From the NCBI GenBank assembly GCA_030526225.1, contig JAUNDF010000002.1, positions 5,128-45,128 of the forward strand: 40,001 nucleotides of DNA. The letters run 5' to 3'. How positions within the stretch are numbered: the first letter of the stretch is position 1; every line of letters begins with the position of its first letter. Of the stretch, positions 18,139 to 29,300 are shown piece after piece. The DNA is from Clostridia bacterium. GTDB taxonomy: Bacteria; Bacillota; Clostridia; Christensenellales; Aristaeellaceae. Both the position numbers and the translations under genes were made by a program. The notes beneath the pieces are model-generated. The model was given only the letters and a program-made list of their open reading frames with translations, was not told where the DNA came from and did not search any database.

Positions 18139-18921
18139 ATGAAATACCACATCGATACCATCCCCGTGTGGGATGCGGTGAAGCTGCAGGGGGAGTGCTT
18201 TGTGTGCGCCATCCGCAGAAGGCTTGAGCTGGAGGAAACCGAGCGCTATCTGGGTGCCTCCGTCATGGAGCCGGATACGCGCATCCGGGTGAATAAGCAG
18301 GGCTTTTGCGCAAAGCATCAGGTGATGCTCTACGCCGGCGGCAACCGGCTGGGCCATGCGCTGATGATGGATACCCACCTGCAGGAAACGCAGAAGCAGA
18401 TGAAAAAGCCCCTGGAGGAAATCCGCAAGGCGGCAGAGCATCTGGATGCGCTCACCGTGGGGGACAAGCTGACCGGCAAGGGCCTGAAGGCCAAGCAGGA
18501 GCTGCAGTCAGCTGCAGACAAGCTGGCCGCCATGACCACAGCCTGCGTGCTGTGCCAATCCATTGATGACAACCTGAACCGCTATCTGCACACCTTTTTT
18601 CACCTGTACAAAAACGACGGTGAATTCCGCAAGGCGCTGGAAAATTCAAAGGGCGTGTGCATGCCCGATGCGGCGCTGCTTGTCAGCAAGTGCGCCGATG
18701 AGCTCCCCGCCAAAGAGGCGGCTGCCTTTGCCCGGCTGATTGTACAGCTGACGGAGGACAACCTGCAGCGGGTGGAGGATGACCTGAGCTGGTTTATCAA
18801 AAAATACGACTACCGCTATGACAGCGAGCCGTGGAAAAACAGCAAGGATGCCGTGGAGCGCACGGTGAACAAAATGCGCGGCTGGTGCGTGGGTCAGGAA
18901 CCGAACCCGAAGGAAAAATAA
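18139..18921 (+). CDS. Conserved hypothetical protein with paired Cys motifs (DUF6062-like)
   Basis: I place the start at MKYHIDTIPVWDA, after GAGGTGAAGG. Motifs are CFVC and CVLC. The family name is from memory and unverified. Confidence 0.6.
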   Translation: MKYHIDTIPVWDAVKLQGECFVCAIRRRLELEETERYLGASVMEPDTRIRVNKQGFCAKHQVMLYAGGNRLGHALMMDTHLQETQKQMKKPLEEIRKAAEHLDALTVGDKLTGKGLKAKQELQSAADKLAAMTTACVLCQSIDDNLNRYLHTFFHLYKNDGEFRKALENSKGVCMPDAALLVSKCADELPAKEAAAFARLIVQLTEDNLQRVEDDLSWFIKKYDYRYDSEPWKNSKDAVERTVNKMRGWCVGQEPNPKEK

Positions 18922-18945
18922 GGGAACCCTCTCAGTATTCGCTTA

Positions 18946-18984
18946 TGAAAAAAGGCCGCAGGAAATACATCCTGCGGCTTTGTT
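18946..18984. terminator. Bidirectional rho-independent terminator between convergent genes
   Basis: The sequence is gaaaaaag-gccgcagg-aaatacat-cctgcggc-tttgtt, an 8-bp stem at 18955-18978 flanked by an A-run and a T-run. Confidence 0.7.
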
Positions 18985-19456
18985 ATTCTGTTTTGTCTTC
19001 CTTTTCGCTGGGGTCATACCGCTCCAGCAGGACACCCGCTTCTTCAAACAGCTCCAGGGAGAAGGCATCGGGGTAGCCCTCCTGATACACAACCCGGGAG
19101 ATGCCGGCGTTGATGATCATCTTTGCGCACACACTGCAGGGCTGATGGGTACAGTACAGCACAGCACCCTCGATGGATACGCCGATTTTGGCGGCCTGAA
19201 TAATGGCGTTCTGCTCGGCATGGATGGCGTAGCAAAGCTCTGCGCGGGTGCCGGAGGCAATGCCCATGCTTCTGCGCATGCAAACGCCGCGCTCCCTGCA
19301 GGTCTTCAACCCCGCCGGGGCGCCGTTGTAGCCGGTGGTCAGGATGCGCTTGTCCTTCACGATGACCGCGCCGATGGAGCGGCCGGTGACGTAGCAGCTG
19401 GTCCAGCCGGCAATCACATGGGCCATTTCCATAAACCGATGATCCCATTTATCCAT
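18983..19456 (-). CDS. comEB: dCMP deaminase (ComEB family)
   Basis: Zinc motifs HAEQNAI and PCSVCAKMI. The ATG at 19456 follows GGAG; the track start at 19465 is a TTG. Confidence 0.85.
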   Translation of the reverse strand: MDKWDHRFMEMAHVIAGWTSCYVTGRSIGAVIVKDKRILTTGYNGAPAGLKTCRERGVCMRRSMGIASGTRAELCYAIHAEQNAIIQAAKIGVSIEGAVLYCTHQPCSVCAKMIINAGISRVVYQEGYPDAFSLELFEEAGVLLERYDPSEKEDKTE

Positions 19457-19551
19457 GTAAATCAACTCCAGTTCGGAGGGAATTTCTGCTATCCAGTATA
19501 GCTGATTCGGGGCAAAATGTCAATGAACGGCGGCGGGCACAGCGGTGCCGG

Positions 19552-20214
19552 TCAGTCCCCTTCCCCTGTGCGGATGCAGCCGTTGAGCCGCATTTCCAGA
19601 TCATGCATGATGTCCTCGGCGCGGCGGCAGGCAGCATCCAGCTCGTCCTTTTCCAGCCCCTCGGGGGCGGGCTTCAGGGTGAAGGGCTCGCCCACAATCA
19701 TGCGGAAGCGCTTGCCGAAAAAGTAGTTGTACCGGCCGTTGTGGAACACGGGCACCACCTTTACATCACAGGTGGAGGCCATGGCGGCAAAGCCGGGCTT
19801 GAAGGAATACATCACCCGGTCATGGTGGCACTTGCCCTCGGGGGCGATGCCCACGGCATAGCCCTGCTTCAGGTACCGGCGGCTTTCCCGCATCCACTGC
19901 AGGGAGAACCGGTGCCGCTCGATGGGTACGCACCACAGGAAGGAGCACAGAAAGCCCAGGGCGGGGTTTTTATCCAGAATGTCCTTGGCGGCCAGCATCC
20001 GCACGGTATTGCGGTGCGTGTGCAGGGCCATCAATGCGCCGTCCAGCACGGTGACGTGGTTGTAAATTATCACGCAGGGCTCTTCGCGGAAGCAGTGCTT
20101 TGCCTCCTCGGATACAAAGGTGCACTTGGGGCGGAAGGCGGCGTAAATCAGCGGACGAAGCACGCCGCGGATGACCACGCCCAGTCCCTCGTGGAGCATA
20201 TGCACAACATTCAT
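19552..20214 (-). CDS. 1-acyl-sn-glycerol-3-phosphate acyltransferase family protein
   Basis: 220 aa with the NHx4D motif (YNHVTVLDG) and APEG. Confidence 0.75.
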   Translation of the reverse strand: MNVVHMLHEGLGVVIRGVLRPLIYAAFRPKCTFVSEEAKHCFREEPCVIIYNHVTVLDGALMALHTHRNTVRMLAAKDILDKNPALGFLCSFLWCVPIERHRFSLQWMRESRRYLKQGYAVGIAPEGKCHHDRVMYSFKPGFAAMASTCDVKVVPVFHNGRYNYFFGKRFRMIVGEPFTLKPAPEGLEKDELDAACRRAEDIMHDLEMRLNGCIRTGEGD

Positions 20215-20217
20215 GGA

Positions 20218-21099
20218 TTAATCCTCCGGTATGATGCTCAGGCGGCGAACGCCCGGTGTCTCCTGCCCAAGGGCAAGGCGGCGGATGGCGGCGGCCACGC
20301 CCCCGAAATCGTTGCGCAGCGTCACGTAGTCCGCGGCTTCCAGGGCGGAGGCGGTGCTGTTGCCCATGCAAACGCCATAACCGGCGCATTGCAGCATGGG
20401 GACATCGTTGTCATTATCGCCGATGGCCATGACGGCTTCCATGGGGATGCCCAGGCTTGCGGCGTACTTTGCCAACGCGGTGCCCTTGTGACAGCCGCCG
20501 GCATTGATTTCAAGGTTGCCCACCCAGCTGGAGGAAATCTCCAGCCCGGGGACAGAGCGTGCTATCTCCCGGCGCATTTCCGGCAGATTTCCGGCATTTG
20601 TTTCATCCAGAATGACCATTTTGTTCACGCCGCGATGTGCGATTTCATCAAGCCCCTCAAGGCCCTTGCGGTAGGTGCAGCGGGCCTCTTTGCGGAAAAG
20701 ATGGGTCCCCCAGCGGATATCCGGGGGCATGGCGGGATTATCGCCCTCGTTGGTGACCAGATCGTTGCCGCTGAAGATGCCGCACACGGCACCGTAGCGG
20801 TGGGCCATGCGGGCCAGCAGCAGCACATCCTCCGCCTGCATGGTGCTTTCGTGGATGATATCGCCCAGGGGGTGCGCCATGGTGCAGGCGCCGTTCAGGG
20901 CAAGGGTGGCCATGTCGAGCCCGGCATCGGCGGCGAAGAGGGCGGCATCATCCGGCAGCCTGCCGGAGCAGAGCACCAGCCGGATGCCTGCCCGGGCCGC
21001 CATGTGCAGCGCCGCCATGTTTTCCTCCGGCATGCGGCTGGGGGAGCCGCACAGCAGTGTGCCGTCCATGTCCATGGCAATCAGTTGTATGGGGGTCAT
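20218..21099 (-). CDS. Cof-type HAD-IIB phosphatase
   Basis: 293 aa with DMDGTLL and GDNDNDVPM. Confidence 0.85.
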   Translation of the reverse strand: MTPIQLIAMDMDGTLLCGSPSRMPEENMAALHMAARAGIRLVLCSGRLPDDAALFAADAGLDMATLALNGACTMAHPLGDIIHESTMQAEDVLLLARMAHRYGAVCGIFSGNDLVTNEGDNPAMPPDIRWGTHLFRKEARCTYRKGLEGLDEIAHRGVNKMVILDETNAGNLPEMRREIARSVPGLEISSSWVGNLEINAGGCHKGTALAKYAASLGIPMEAVMAIGDNDNDVPMLQCAGYGVCMGNSTASALEAADYVTLRNDFGGVAAAIRRLALGQETPGVRRLSIIPED

Positions 21100-21141
21100 G
21101 TGTATGCTCTCCGAATCGGTTGATTATGCAGGGTGAAAAAA

Positions 21142-21999
21142 TCAGAAGGGACACTTGATTGCAAAGTGCCTGCCGTCCAGCCGGGGCAGCTCACCGCCGG
21201 TTTCAAGGGTCAGCTCACAGGCGCACAGCATCAGCCGCCGCACATGATTGGCGCGGTTGAAGGCGCGGTCGCCGTAGATGTCATCCCCCAGCAGCGGATG
21301 GCCCAGCGCAGCCATATGGGCGCGGATTTGGTGGGTGCGCCCGGTGACCAGATGAATCCGCAGACGGCTGACGGGGCCGTTTTCGATGGCCTCGTATTCG
21401 GTGATGATGGGCCGTGCGCCGGGGACCTCCCGGTCATACACGGTGACCACCGCCGCTTTGGCATCCTTTTTCAGATAGGCGCGGCAGGTGGCGGCCGGGG
21501 GCTTCATCATGCCGCGGACAAGACACTGGTAGCGCTTGTCCAGCGTGCGGTTTTTGAAGGCGCGGTGAAGGATTTCCTCGGCGCGGGGATTTTTGGCAAA
21601 CAGCACCAGTCCGCAGGTCTTGTTGTCCAGCCGGTGACAGGCGTGGGCAAAATCAGCCTTGCCGGCAATGTGCTTCTTCGCAAGGTCGGTCAGGGTTACG
21701 CCGCCCTTTTCGTCCGGCTCCACGTTGATGCCCGCGGGCTTGTTAATCAGCAGGATGTCCTCATCCTCGTACACAATGTCCAGGGCCGGGCTCTGCTGCT
21801 CCATGCAGTAGACCTGCACCCTGCTGCCGGGGGTCAGGCGCATGTCCTGTTTGACCCGGGTGCCGTCCACCTTCACATCACGGCGGCGGAAGGCGGCCAT
21901 CACCACCACAGAGGGAATCTCCGGCAGGTTCTTTTTGATAAACACATCCACCCGCTGGCCTGCTGCCTCGCGGGGGACGATTGCCTCGTACAATGCCAT
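21142..21999 (-). CDS. RluA-family pseudouridine synthase
   Basis: 285 aa with HRLDNKTCGLVLFAK. Its start overlaps the upstream gene stop (ATGA). Confidence 0.85.
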   Translation of the reverse strand: MALYEAIVPREAAGQRVDVFIKKNLPEIPSVVVMAAFRRRDVKVDGTRVKQDMRLTPGSRVQVYCMEQQSPALDIVYEDEDILLINKPAGINVEPDEKGGVTLTDLAKKHIAGKADFAHACHRLDNKTCGLVLFAKNPRAEEILHRAFKNRTLDKRYQCLVRGMMKPPAATCRAYLKKDAKAAVVTVYDREVPGARPIITEYEAIENGPVSRLRIHLVTGRTHQIRAHMAALGHPLLGDDIYGDRAFNRANHVRRLMLCACELTLETGGELPRLDGRHFAIKCPF

Positions 22000-23039
22000 C
22001 AGTTCAGCACCGCCGCTTTCATCCCGCCCCAGCGGGTCGTTTGGGATACCAGCTGCCGCAGCCCCTGCAGCATGGCGGGGGTGGGCTGCTGGGTGAGCAT
22101 GGAGGCCAGCACCTCCTGCATATCACGCATACCAACGCCCTGCTTGGCCAGAATGCGCAAATCCTGCACGGCCTCATCCTCGTTGGTTTCCGGGCGCACG
22201 GCATCCTGAATCAGACCAATCATCTGCAGCGTGGTTTCTGCCTCTTCAGGCAGGATGCCCGCCACGGCGCTGAGCAGCGTCATTTCGTCCATTCTGGGGG
22301 GCAGGCTGCTGCCCATGGCGGCAATGAAGGGCTCCGGCTCCGCAAGGCCCGGGTGCAAAAGAAACCGGCGGCCGTCCATGCGGCAGATAAAGTCACAGCT
22401 GATGTGCAGATACCGCTGGCACAGGCGGATGTCATCGGGGTCATCGGTCTCCATGGCATCCTGCACCAGATGCTCCAGCGCCTCCTCAAAGGGGACCACG
22501 CCGCGTATGTACAGCAGACCCCGCAGCGTCATGTCAAAGCGCATCAGGCGCTCGCGCAGCTCCTTGTGCACGTCATCGAAAATCATCTCGGCCACGGAGG
22601 GCACCAGCTACGGGGACATGCGCAGGAACAGCCGCTCGTCATCAACCCATTCAAGGTAGCACCACAGCCGCCGCACCAGCGACTCGGCAGGGAGGGCATC
22701 CTCCATGTCTGTCAATTCGGCCCGGCCGCCGCCCACAATCAGCTTTTCCAGCAGCAGATGCTCGGGGAGGGTGACCAGCGCCGTTTCCACCGGAAGGTTT
22801 TCGATGACCATATCCCGCAGCATGCTGACGGTATGCAGCCGCCTTTCCCGGGGGAACTCCTGGGCAGCATGGCTGATGGACCACAGCTGCTCGGCGCGGC
22901 TGTCATCCTGTAAAGCGAATAAATCAAAATCCGGCAACCCGGAAAGCCGGCTTTCGCAGGCCTCCAGCTGTCGGAGATGCAGGACAGACATGGTCTTGTC
23001 CGCCCAGTGATCATACCGAACATTGTTTTCCCGAAGCAT
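21999..23039 (-). CDS. Hypothetical protein (346 codons), with one in-frame TAG at 22608-22610
   Basis: ORFs 22608-23039 and 21999-22604 share a frame (435 nt apart). The junction reads ...ERLFLRMSP-TAG-LVPSVAEMIFDD. A strong RBS, AAAGGAGAACAA, precedes the ATG at 23039. There is no RBS or start for the second half. Stop is TGA. Confidence 0.65.
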
Positions 23040-23094
23040 TTGTTCTCCTTTATGGCAGGGGGCAATCCATCAAATGCCCCTAAAACACGAAAAA

Positions 23095-23129
23095 ATATAA
23101 CAAAAGCGGATGCGGCGCTTTCGGCATCC
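23095..23129 (-). terminator. Probable terminator downstream of ilvE
   Basis: The minus strand reads ggatgc-cgaaagcgcc-gcatcc followed by gcttttgttatatttttt. Confidence 0.5.
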
Positions 23130-23153
23130 ACATCCGCGATTATATCACATTCC

Positions 23154-24221
23154 TTACAGCTTTACAATCCAGCCGTTTTCATCAGCCACGCGGCCGTACT
23201 GGATGCCCGTGAGGGTATCGTACAGCTTCTGGGCCACAGGGCCGATTTCGCCGCCGTTGATGGTCAGCTTTTCATCGCCCCAGGCCAGCTCGCCCACGGG
23301 GGAGATAACGGCTGCCGTGCCGGTGCCGAAGGCCTCGGTGCACTTGCCGGACTTGATGTCCTCAAAGATGTCGGCCATGGCCAGCTTCTTTTCCTCCACC
23401 TCAAAGCCCAGCTGCTGTGCCAGGGTGAGGATGCTCTTGCGGGTGATGCCGGGGAGGATGGAGCCGTTGAGGGCGGGGGTGACAATCTTGCTGCCGTAGG
23501 CGAACATCATGTTCATGCTGCCCACTTCTTCTACATACTTCTGCTCTACGCCGTCCAGCCACAGCACCTGGGCATAGCCCTTCTTCTCGGCGATTTCGCT
23601 GGCGTAGATGGAAGCGGCGTAGTTGCCGGCGCACTTGGTAAAGCCGGTGCCGCCGCGGACGGCACGCACGTATTCATCCTCCACATAGATGCCCACAGGC
23701 TTGAGGCCCTCCTTGTAGTAGGCACCGGAGGGGGACATGATGATGAAGAACAGGTAGGTCTTGGAGGCATGCACGCCCAGATGCACATCGGTGGAAATCA
23801 TGGTGGGGCGGATGTACAGGCTGGCACCGTCATTGTGGGGCACCCAGTCCTGATCCACATCGATGAGGGCCTTCAGGCCTTCCAGGGCCAGGGCTTCATC
23901 CAGATGGGGCATGCCCATGCGCTCGGCAGAGCGGGACATGCGGGCGAAGTTTTCCTCCGGGCGGAACAGCTGCAGCCCGCCGTCTGCACGGCGGTAGCAC
24001 TTGGTGCCCTCAAAGATGGCCTGACCGTAGTGGAACACCACGCAGGCGGGATCCAGGGCGAAATCACCGTAGGGGACCACGCGGGGGTTGAACCAGCCCT
24101 TGCCCTCTTCGTAGTTCATCAGGAACATATGGTCGGTAAACACGCGGCCAAAGCCCAGCTTGGATTCGTCCTCCGGCTTTGCCTTCAGGTTCTGGGATAA
24201 GGTAACAGCAATCTTTTCCAT
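23154..24221 (-). CDS. ilvE: Branched-chain amino acid aminotransferase
   Basis: Class IV aminotransferase-like sequence (FEGTKCYR, GTGFTKCAGNYAAS). I place the start at MEKIAVTL (24221); the upstream track extension lacks an RBS. Confidence 0.85.
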   Translation of the reverse strand: MEKIAVTLSQNLKAKPEDESKLGFGRVFTDHMFLMNYEEGKGWFNPRVVPYGDFALDPACVVFHYGQAIFEGTKCYRRADGGLQLFRPEENFARMSRSAERMGMPHLDEALALEGLKALIDVDQDWVPHNDGASLYIRPTMISTDVHLGVHASKTYLFFIIMSPSGAYYKEGLKPVGIYVEDEYVRAVRGGTGFTKCAGNYAASIYASEIAEKKGYAQVLWLDGVEQKYVEEVGSMNMMFAYGSKIVTPALNGSILPGITRKSILTLAQQLGFEVEEKKLAMADIFEDIKSGKCTEAFGTGTAAVISPVGELAWGDEKLTINGGEIGPVAQKLYDTLTGIQYGRVADENGWIVKL

Positions 24222-24470
24222 GGGATAAAGCCCCTCTCTTGTATCATTTGCGCCCGGTGGGGCGGATAAAAAGCATGGTCGATATGGCCATACACCCATT
24301 ATACAAAGGGGGAATGGGCTGTCAAGGCGATTGGATACAGAAACACATCAGAAAGACAATCCGAAACCGCCGGAGGCAAAACAAGGATTTTGTGCCGCGG
24401 GGGTGGAAATATATCATATTAGGGTATTGTTTATTAATTGTAAGAAATAGATTTGAAGGGGGTCTGCGGC

Positions 24471-26348
24471 ATGGTGCGATATCTGTTCCTGTTCGGGGAT
24501 GCTGCGCTGCGCCTTACCCGTGTTTCCCTGTGGGCGGATGAGAGCGGCGCCGTATGCGCCATCCCCGGGGATGATGATGAAATCCGTGTGGTGCACGTGG
24601 GGCTGAATCCCCCGGATGAAGCACTGCAGAAGCGGCTGGCGCTGTACGGTGCCTTCGGCAGCATGGCGGACGGAAGCCCCTGCCGGGTGTCCTTTGTCAG
24701 CCTTTGCCCCCGGCTGCCCGGGGGGAAGCAGTCCCTTCAGGGGGCAGCCGTACCGCAGGAGGCACTGCTGTACCGCGCCCTGTTCGGGGAAGAAGAGGAA
24801 GACCTGCAGGCATTGATGGCCCGCCACAGCGAGGCCGCCGAGGCAGTGCTGCGCCGCTGGCTGACCGGCGGAAGCGACCCTGCGCTGAAGGATGCACTGG
24901 ACGACATCCGTGATGCGGCGGAAAGCTGCGGCGCGCAGGTACTGCTGTGCGCTCAGGGGGATGACGGCTTTGCCTGTGCCGGCATGATGACCATGCTGGA
25001 TACGCTGGCGCAGATGAAGCAGCAGTCCCGGGGCTACCTGAAGCTGGGGGCCATGGCTCTTCTGCCCGATGGAGAGAAGAATGGTGCCGGTCAGCTGGTC
25101 AATGCGCTGGCAGACCGGGCGGAAACCGGCGTGCCGGATGTGGTGTCCCTGATGGGCTGCCCCGGCTGGCAGGGCGGCGCGCAGGCTGATTTTATGGACC
25201 TGCCCGCCGCCGCACTGATGCTGGATTTCTTTGCGCAGATGGATATCCCGCGGGAACCGCAGGTGCATATGCTGCATCTGGCGGATTCCCTGTACACCGC
25301 CGATTTGCTCCCGGGGGCTGCCATGGCAGGCTATCAGGCGCTGGTGAAGGCATCGCTGCTGTATCGCTATGAAATGCTGCCCGTGATTCGGGAGCGGCTG
25401 GCATCTCCGTCCCTACTGAAGGACAGGCAGCGGGGCTGGTATGCCGCCGGCTTCGGTGCAGTGCGCAAGCTGGATGAAAACCACCGGCAGGAGACCATCC
25501 GCAGGGCGGAGCAGCTGGCTGAACTGCTGAAGCTGTACACCGAGGACATGGCGCAGATTGCCGATACGGTCCCTGCCGCCCTCAGTGCCGGAGACAAGCG
25601 CGCCTCTGCCATGCAGGAGGCGGTGAAGAACTACCGTGCGCTGCTGGAAGCCGCGGGTGAGCTGGCGGATATCGAGCGCACCATGAAGGCATACAATCTG
25701 CAGGATGACGGTGCAGTGGTCCGCGGCAAGGGTCCGGATGATTTTGCCGCGCGTCTATTGCGGGACGCAGCAGAAAAGCGCAAAGAGCTGCAGCAGCTGC
25801 GCCAAGTGCAGGCATCGCTGGACAAGACCATCGGCGGCATGGGCAAGCTGATGCTGATGGACCGCATGCTGGCAGGCATCCGCCGGGCATTGGCCGTGGA
25901 GGAAAAGGAAGCGGCCCGCCGGGAGATGATGATTGCGCAGATTGAGCGGGACAACCCCGGCACCCTTGAGGAAATGGAGCAGCGCCGGGTGCCTCTCAAT
26001 AGGCTGGCCATGCACATTCAAAAGCTGCGCAGCCAGCAGGAATATCTGGAAAAGGAACGGCAGGAGGCGGAAGAAACACGCCTGTGGGCCGAAGCACCGG
26101 AGGTGGAACCGGCCTGCACCGTGCTGCCCGGCGCTGCCGCGCTGGATGATTTCCGTAAGCGGGCGGTGCAAATCCGCAAGGACAGCGAGCTGTATCAGCT
26201 GCTGGATGACCTGCTGCCCGAATGCACACCCTGCCGCACGGCAGAAAAGCTGTTGGGCGGCATCAGCCCGGCACAGACCGGCGATGAGGCACTGCATCAA
26301 CTGATGGCACAGCTGTGCCGCATGTTCAGGGGAGAGGAGGCGCGATGA
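24471..26348 (+). CDS. Large uncharacterised protein A (625 aa; globular N-terminal half, charged coiled-coil-like C-terminal half)
   Basis: The ATG at 24471 follows GAAGGGGG, and an in-frame TAA lies at 24441. No family was recognised. The stop overlaps the start of the next gene (ATGA). Confidence 0.7.
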   Translation: MVRYLFLFGDAALRLTRVSLWADESGAVCAIPGDDDEIRVVHVGLNPPDEALQKRLALYGAFGSMADGSPCRVSFVSLCPRLPGGKQSLQGAAVPQEALLYRALFGEEEEDLQALMARHSEAAEAVLRRWLTGGSDPALKDALDDIRDAAESCGAQVLLCAQGDDGFACAGMMTMLDTLAQMKQQSRGYLKLGAMALLPDGEKNGAGQLVNALADRAETGVPDVVSLMGCPGWQGGAQADFMDLPAAALMLDFFAQMDIPREPQVHMLHLADSLYTADLLPGAAMAGYQALVKASLLYRYEMLPVIRERLASPSLLKDRQRGWYAAGFGAVRKLDENHRQETIRRAEQLAELLKLYTEDMAQIADTVPAALSAGDKRASAMQEAVKNYRALLEAAGELADIERTMKAYNLQDDGAVVRGKGPDDFAARLLRDAAEKRKELQQLRQVQASLDKTIGGMGKLMLMDRMLAGIRRALAVEEKEAARREMMIAQIERDNPGTLEEMEQRRVPLNRLAMHIQKLRSQQEYLEKERQEAEETRLWAEAPEVEPACTVLPGAAALDDFRKRAVQIRKDSELYQLLDDLLPECTPCRTAEKLLGGISPAQTGDEALHQLMAQLCRMFRGEEAR

Positions 26349-29300
26349 TGGAGGAAAAGATGACAGCCCGAACCGGGGAGCAGACAGCCGACCGTCTGCT
26401 GCCCTCCTTCAGCATGCTTCCGGTGTGCGATATCCCCGCAGACCAGCCCACGGGTGTGGTGGGCATCGGCCACGGCAGCAGCCGCTGGCTCCGCCGTCTG
26501 GCCGACCGCCTGGGCGGCACCGGCATGACCTATGCGGCCAAAGAAAAGCTGGCCGGGGCCATCCGGGACAAGGGCGAGGCATACACCTGCTGGCGGGGAA
26601 TGCTGGCCATGCTGCTCCTGTGGGATTTGCACCGTGATGCGCCCCAAGCCTTGGAGGCCGTTTGCTGGGACAAGGGCACGCCTTTGGCCGCCATGCTGCT
26701 GGAAGCCTCCGGTCTGCAGGACAGCGCCGCCTTTGGGGAGAAGCTGTGCGTGATGACCCTTCGTCAGGGCGGCAGACAGCTGCCTGTGGCCATTCCCGAC
26801 CGGGAGGCACTGCTGGTGCCCGCCGTGGATGCATCCCTTGACAGCGACGTGATTCCCCCGTGGGTCACATGGTTTGACCGGGATGAGGGCAAAATGCAGG
26901 ACCCCGTGGGGCTGATGAACGAAACGGAGCGGGAGGTGCTGGTCAAGCGGCTGCAGCTGTTCCTGCAGGCGTATGGCGCGGAGGAAAGCGCCCTGTCACA
27001 GGCGGTGCGCCAATTGGCAGAGGACACGGCAAAAATCAACCGCGATGCCAGAGAAGCCCTGTCAGACAGCAAGGGCAGTGCCGTGCAGGAGCTGGCATTG
27101 CGCATTGAGGCCATCCTTGGGCTGAAGGGTCACGAGGCTTTCCCGGGGCTGACCGGCGACAGCGCGGTGATGCAGACCGGCGGCACCAATCCGGTGCTGA
27201 GTGCATTGCACATCCCCCACAGCGCGGACCGCAAGCTGGTGTGCTGCACCACCTACCGCTGGAACGGCGTTCCCTTTGCCCGGGATGCCGAGCGCTTTGT
27301 CTACGAGCCTACGGGCCATGCTGACGAAGCCGCCGCGCTGGATGAACTGAGCCTGGAGCTGGACCTTGCGGCGGAATATATCCCCCACTGGAACGAGCAT
27401 CTGTCCGGGGGGCTCAGCGAGCTGTGGGAAAAGTGCAAGCGCAAAAACCGCCTGTATCCCGCGGTGACCAAAACGGTGTTCCAGCTGTTTGGCCGTGCGG
27501 ACAAGCAGAAGGAAACAAAGCCCGTGGTGCTGAACATTCCCGAGGAACGGGGTCTTGCCGCCGCCGGGTATCTGATGAAAACACTGCTTGGCGATGATGC
27601 GGCCCAGCTGCCCCAGAAGCTGTTCAGCGACCGGCTGACGCTGGTGCCCTTTGCCGCCCTTGCGGATGGTGCGCTGGCACAGGCCGCCTTTGTCCGCTAT
27701 GATGAGGACGGCAGCCCCCTGTGCGCTCTGCCGCCCCTGTCTGCGGCGCTCACCGCCTTTTTGACCGAGCGGGCTCACATCACCCTGCAGCCGGAGGGGC
27801 TGCGCTTCCTGCCTGCCGATGAGGAGGGCAGCCTGTAGGTGCGCCTGATGCTCCGCGGCGCGGGGGAGGTGTCCTTCAGCCGCGTATATCGGGCAGAGGA
27901 TATCATCACCCTGAACCATGACAGCATGCCCACGGTCAGCGTGTGGCCCGGCGTGGCTTTCCCTGAGGGGGACTGGCAGTATTATCTGCTTTAGGCCTTC
28001 CGCGGCGAAGAAGGCATCACCTTCAGCGTGTGGGAAAAGGATGGCTGGGTGCACTGCGCTCAGGGTGCGGAGGAGCGCATTTTCCGTGGGGCAAGGTGCA
28101 GCCGTTATCCCCGATTGATGGCCGTCAGCATGGACGGACTCTCCTTGGGTGCACTGCCCGATACGCCCCCTGTGTGCGATGTGCCCTCCGGCGGCGAAGC
28201 GGCGGCGGGCATCGACTTCGGCTCCTCTGCCGCGGCCACGGCCATCCTGATGGGCGACAGCATGATGAGCATCACCGGGGCAGATTGCCGCCGGGTGCTG
28301 ATGCAGGGCGAATTTGCGCCGGTGCCTGTGCTGGCCCAGCCGGTGATGCCCTCGGCACTGCAGCTGTGCGCCCGTCAGCTGCCCCATCGCCCCCAGCCTA
28401 TGCTGGACAGCCGCATCCCCTCCGAGGCGGATACGCTGGCAGAGGGCGCGGAAAACATCATCGACAACATCCCGTGGCGGGTGGAAAATGACCGGCAGGA
28501 AATGATTCGCCTGTACATGCTCCAGCTGATGCTCACCACGGCGCTGGCCTGCCGCCTTCAGGGTGCCGACCGCATCACGTGGCGCTTTGCCCTGCCCGAC
28601 AGCATGGCTTAGGCCGGCAAGGCATCGCTGATGAACCAGCTGTCCTACCTGACGGATGAACTGGCGGACATGACAGGGCTGCCTGCCCAAAAGGAGCCGC
28701 CGGTGATGGTCCCCGGCTGCCGTGCTCAGATGCTGTACTTCCGCGAGCGCAGGGATGTGAATGTGCGCGGCGGGTGCATCCTGCTGGATGTGGGCAGCAA
28801 CGGTGCCTCCGTGGCCCTGTGGCTTCGGGGCAGGCAGGCCCCTGTGCTGCAGATGGCGCTGCCTCTGGGCGTGGACCTGATGCTGGAAACCATGGCGGAT
28901 GAAAGCCAGATCAGCGCACTGCTGCACCTGCACGGCGCCTTCCTGATGCTCCTTTCCGGCGTGATGGCCCAGAGCGTGTACATGACCTCCTCCGTCAGCC
29001 ATCTGCTGCCGGAAACCATGCCGGTGTGCATGGCGGGACGGGGCGGCTCCTTGCTGCAGCGCATTGACGAAATGGACCGCATCCGCCTGCTGGACTTTAT
29101 GCGCCCGGCCATGGAGGAGACCCATCCCACCGTATCCGCCGGCTATGTGTTCAGCGAATACCCGAAGATGGAAACAGCCGCCGGCCTTGTGCTGTATGCT
29201 CCGGAGCAGGAGGAGGACACCGCCTCTGCCGGCATTGCCATGCGGACCCCGTGGCCGCCGGAGCAGCTGCTGATTGGCTTTATGCGCCTGTTCGGCGTGC

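Noticed and set aside
24414-25277. 287-aa minus-strand ORF overlapping the start of protein A
   Set aside because: It is antisense to a longer plus-strand ORF that has an RBS and translational coupling. It has Q/H/G/A/P-rich shadow composition and no upstream RBS.
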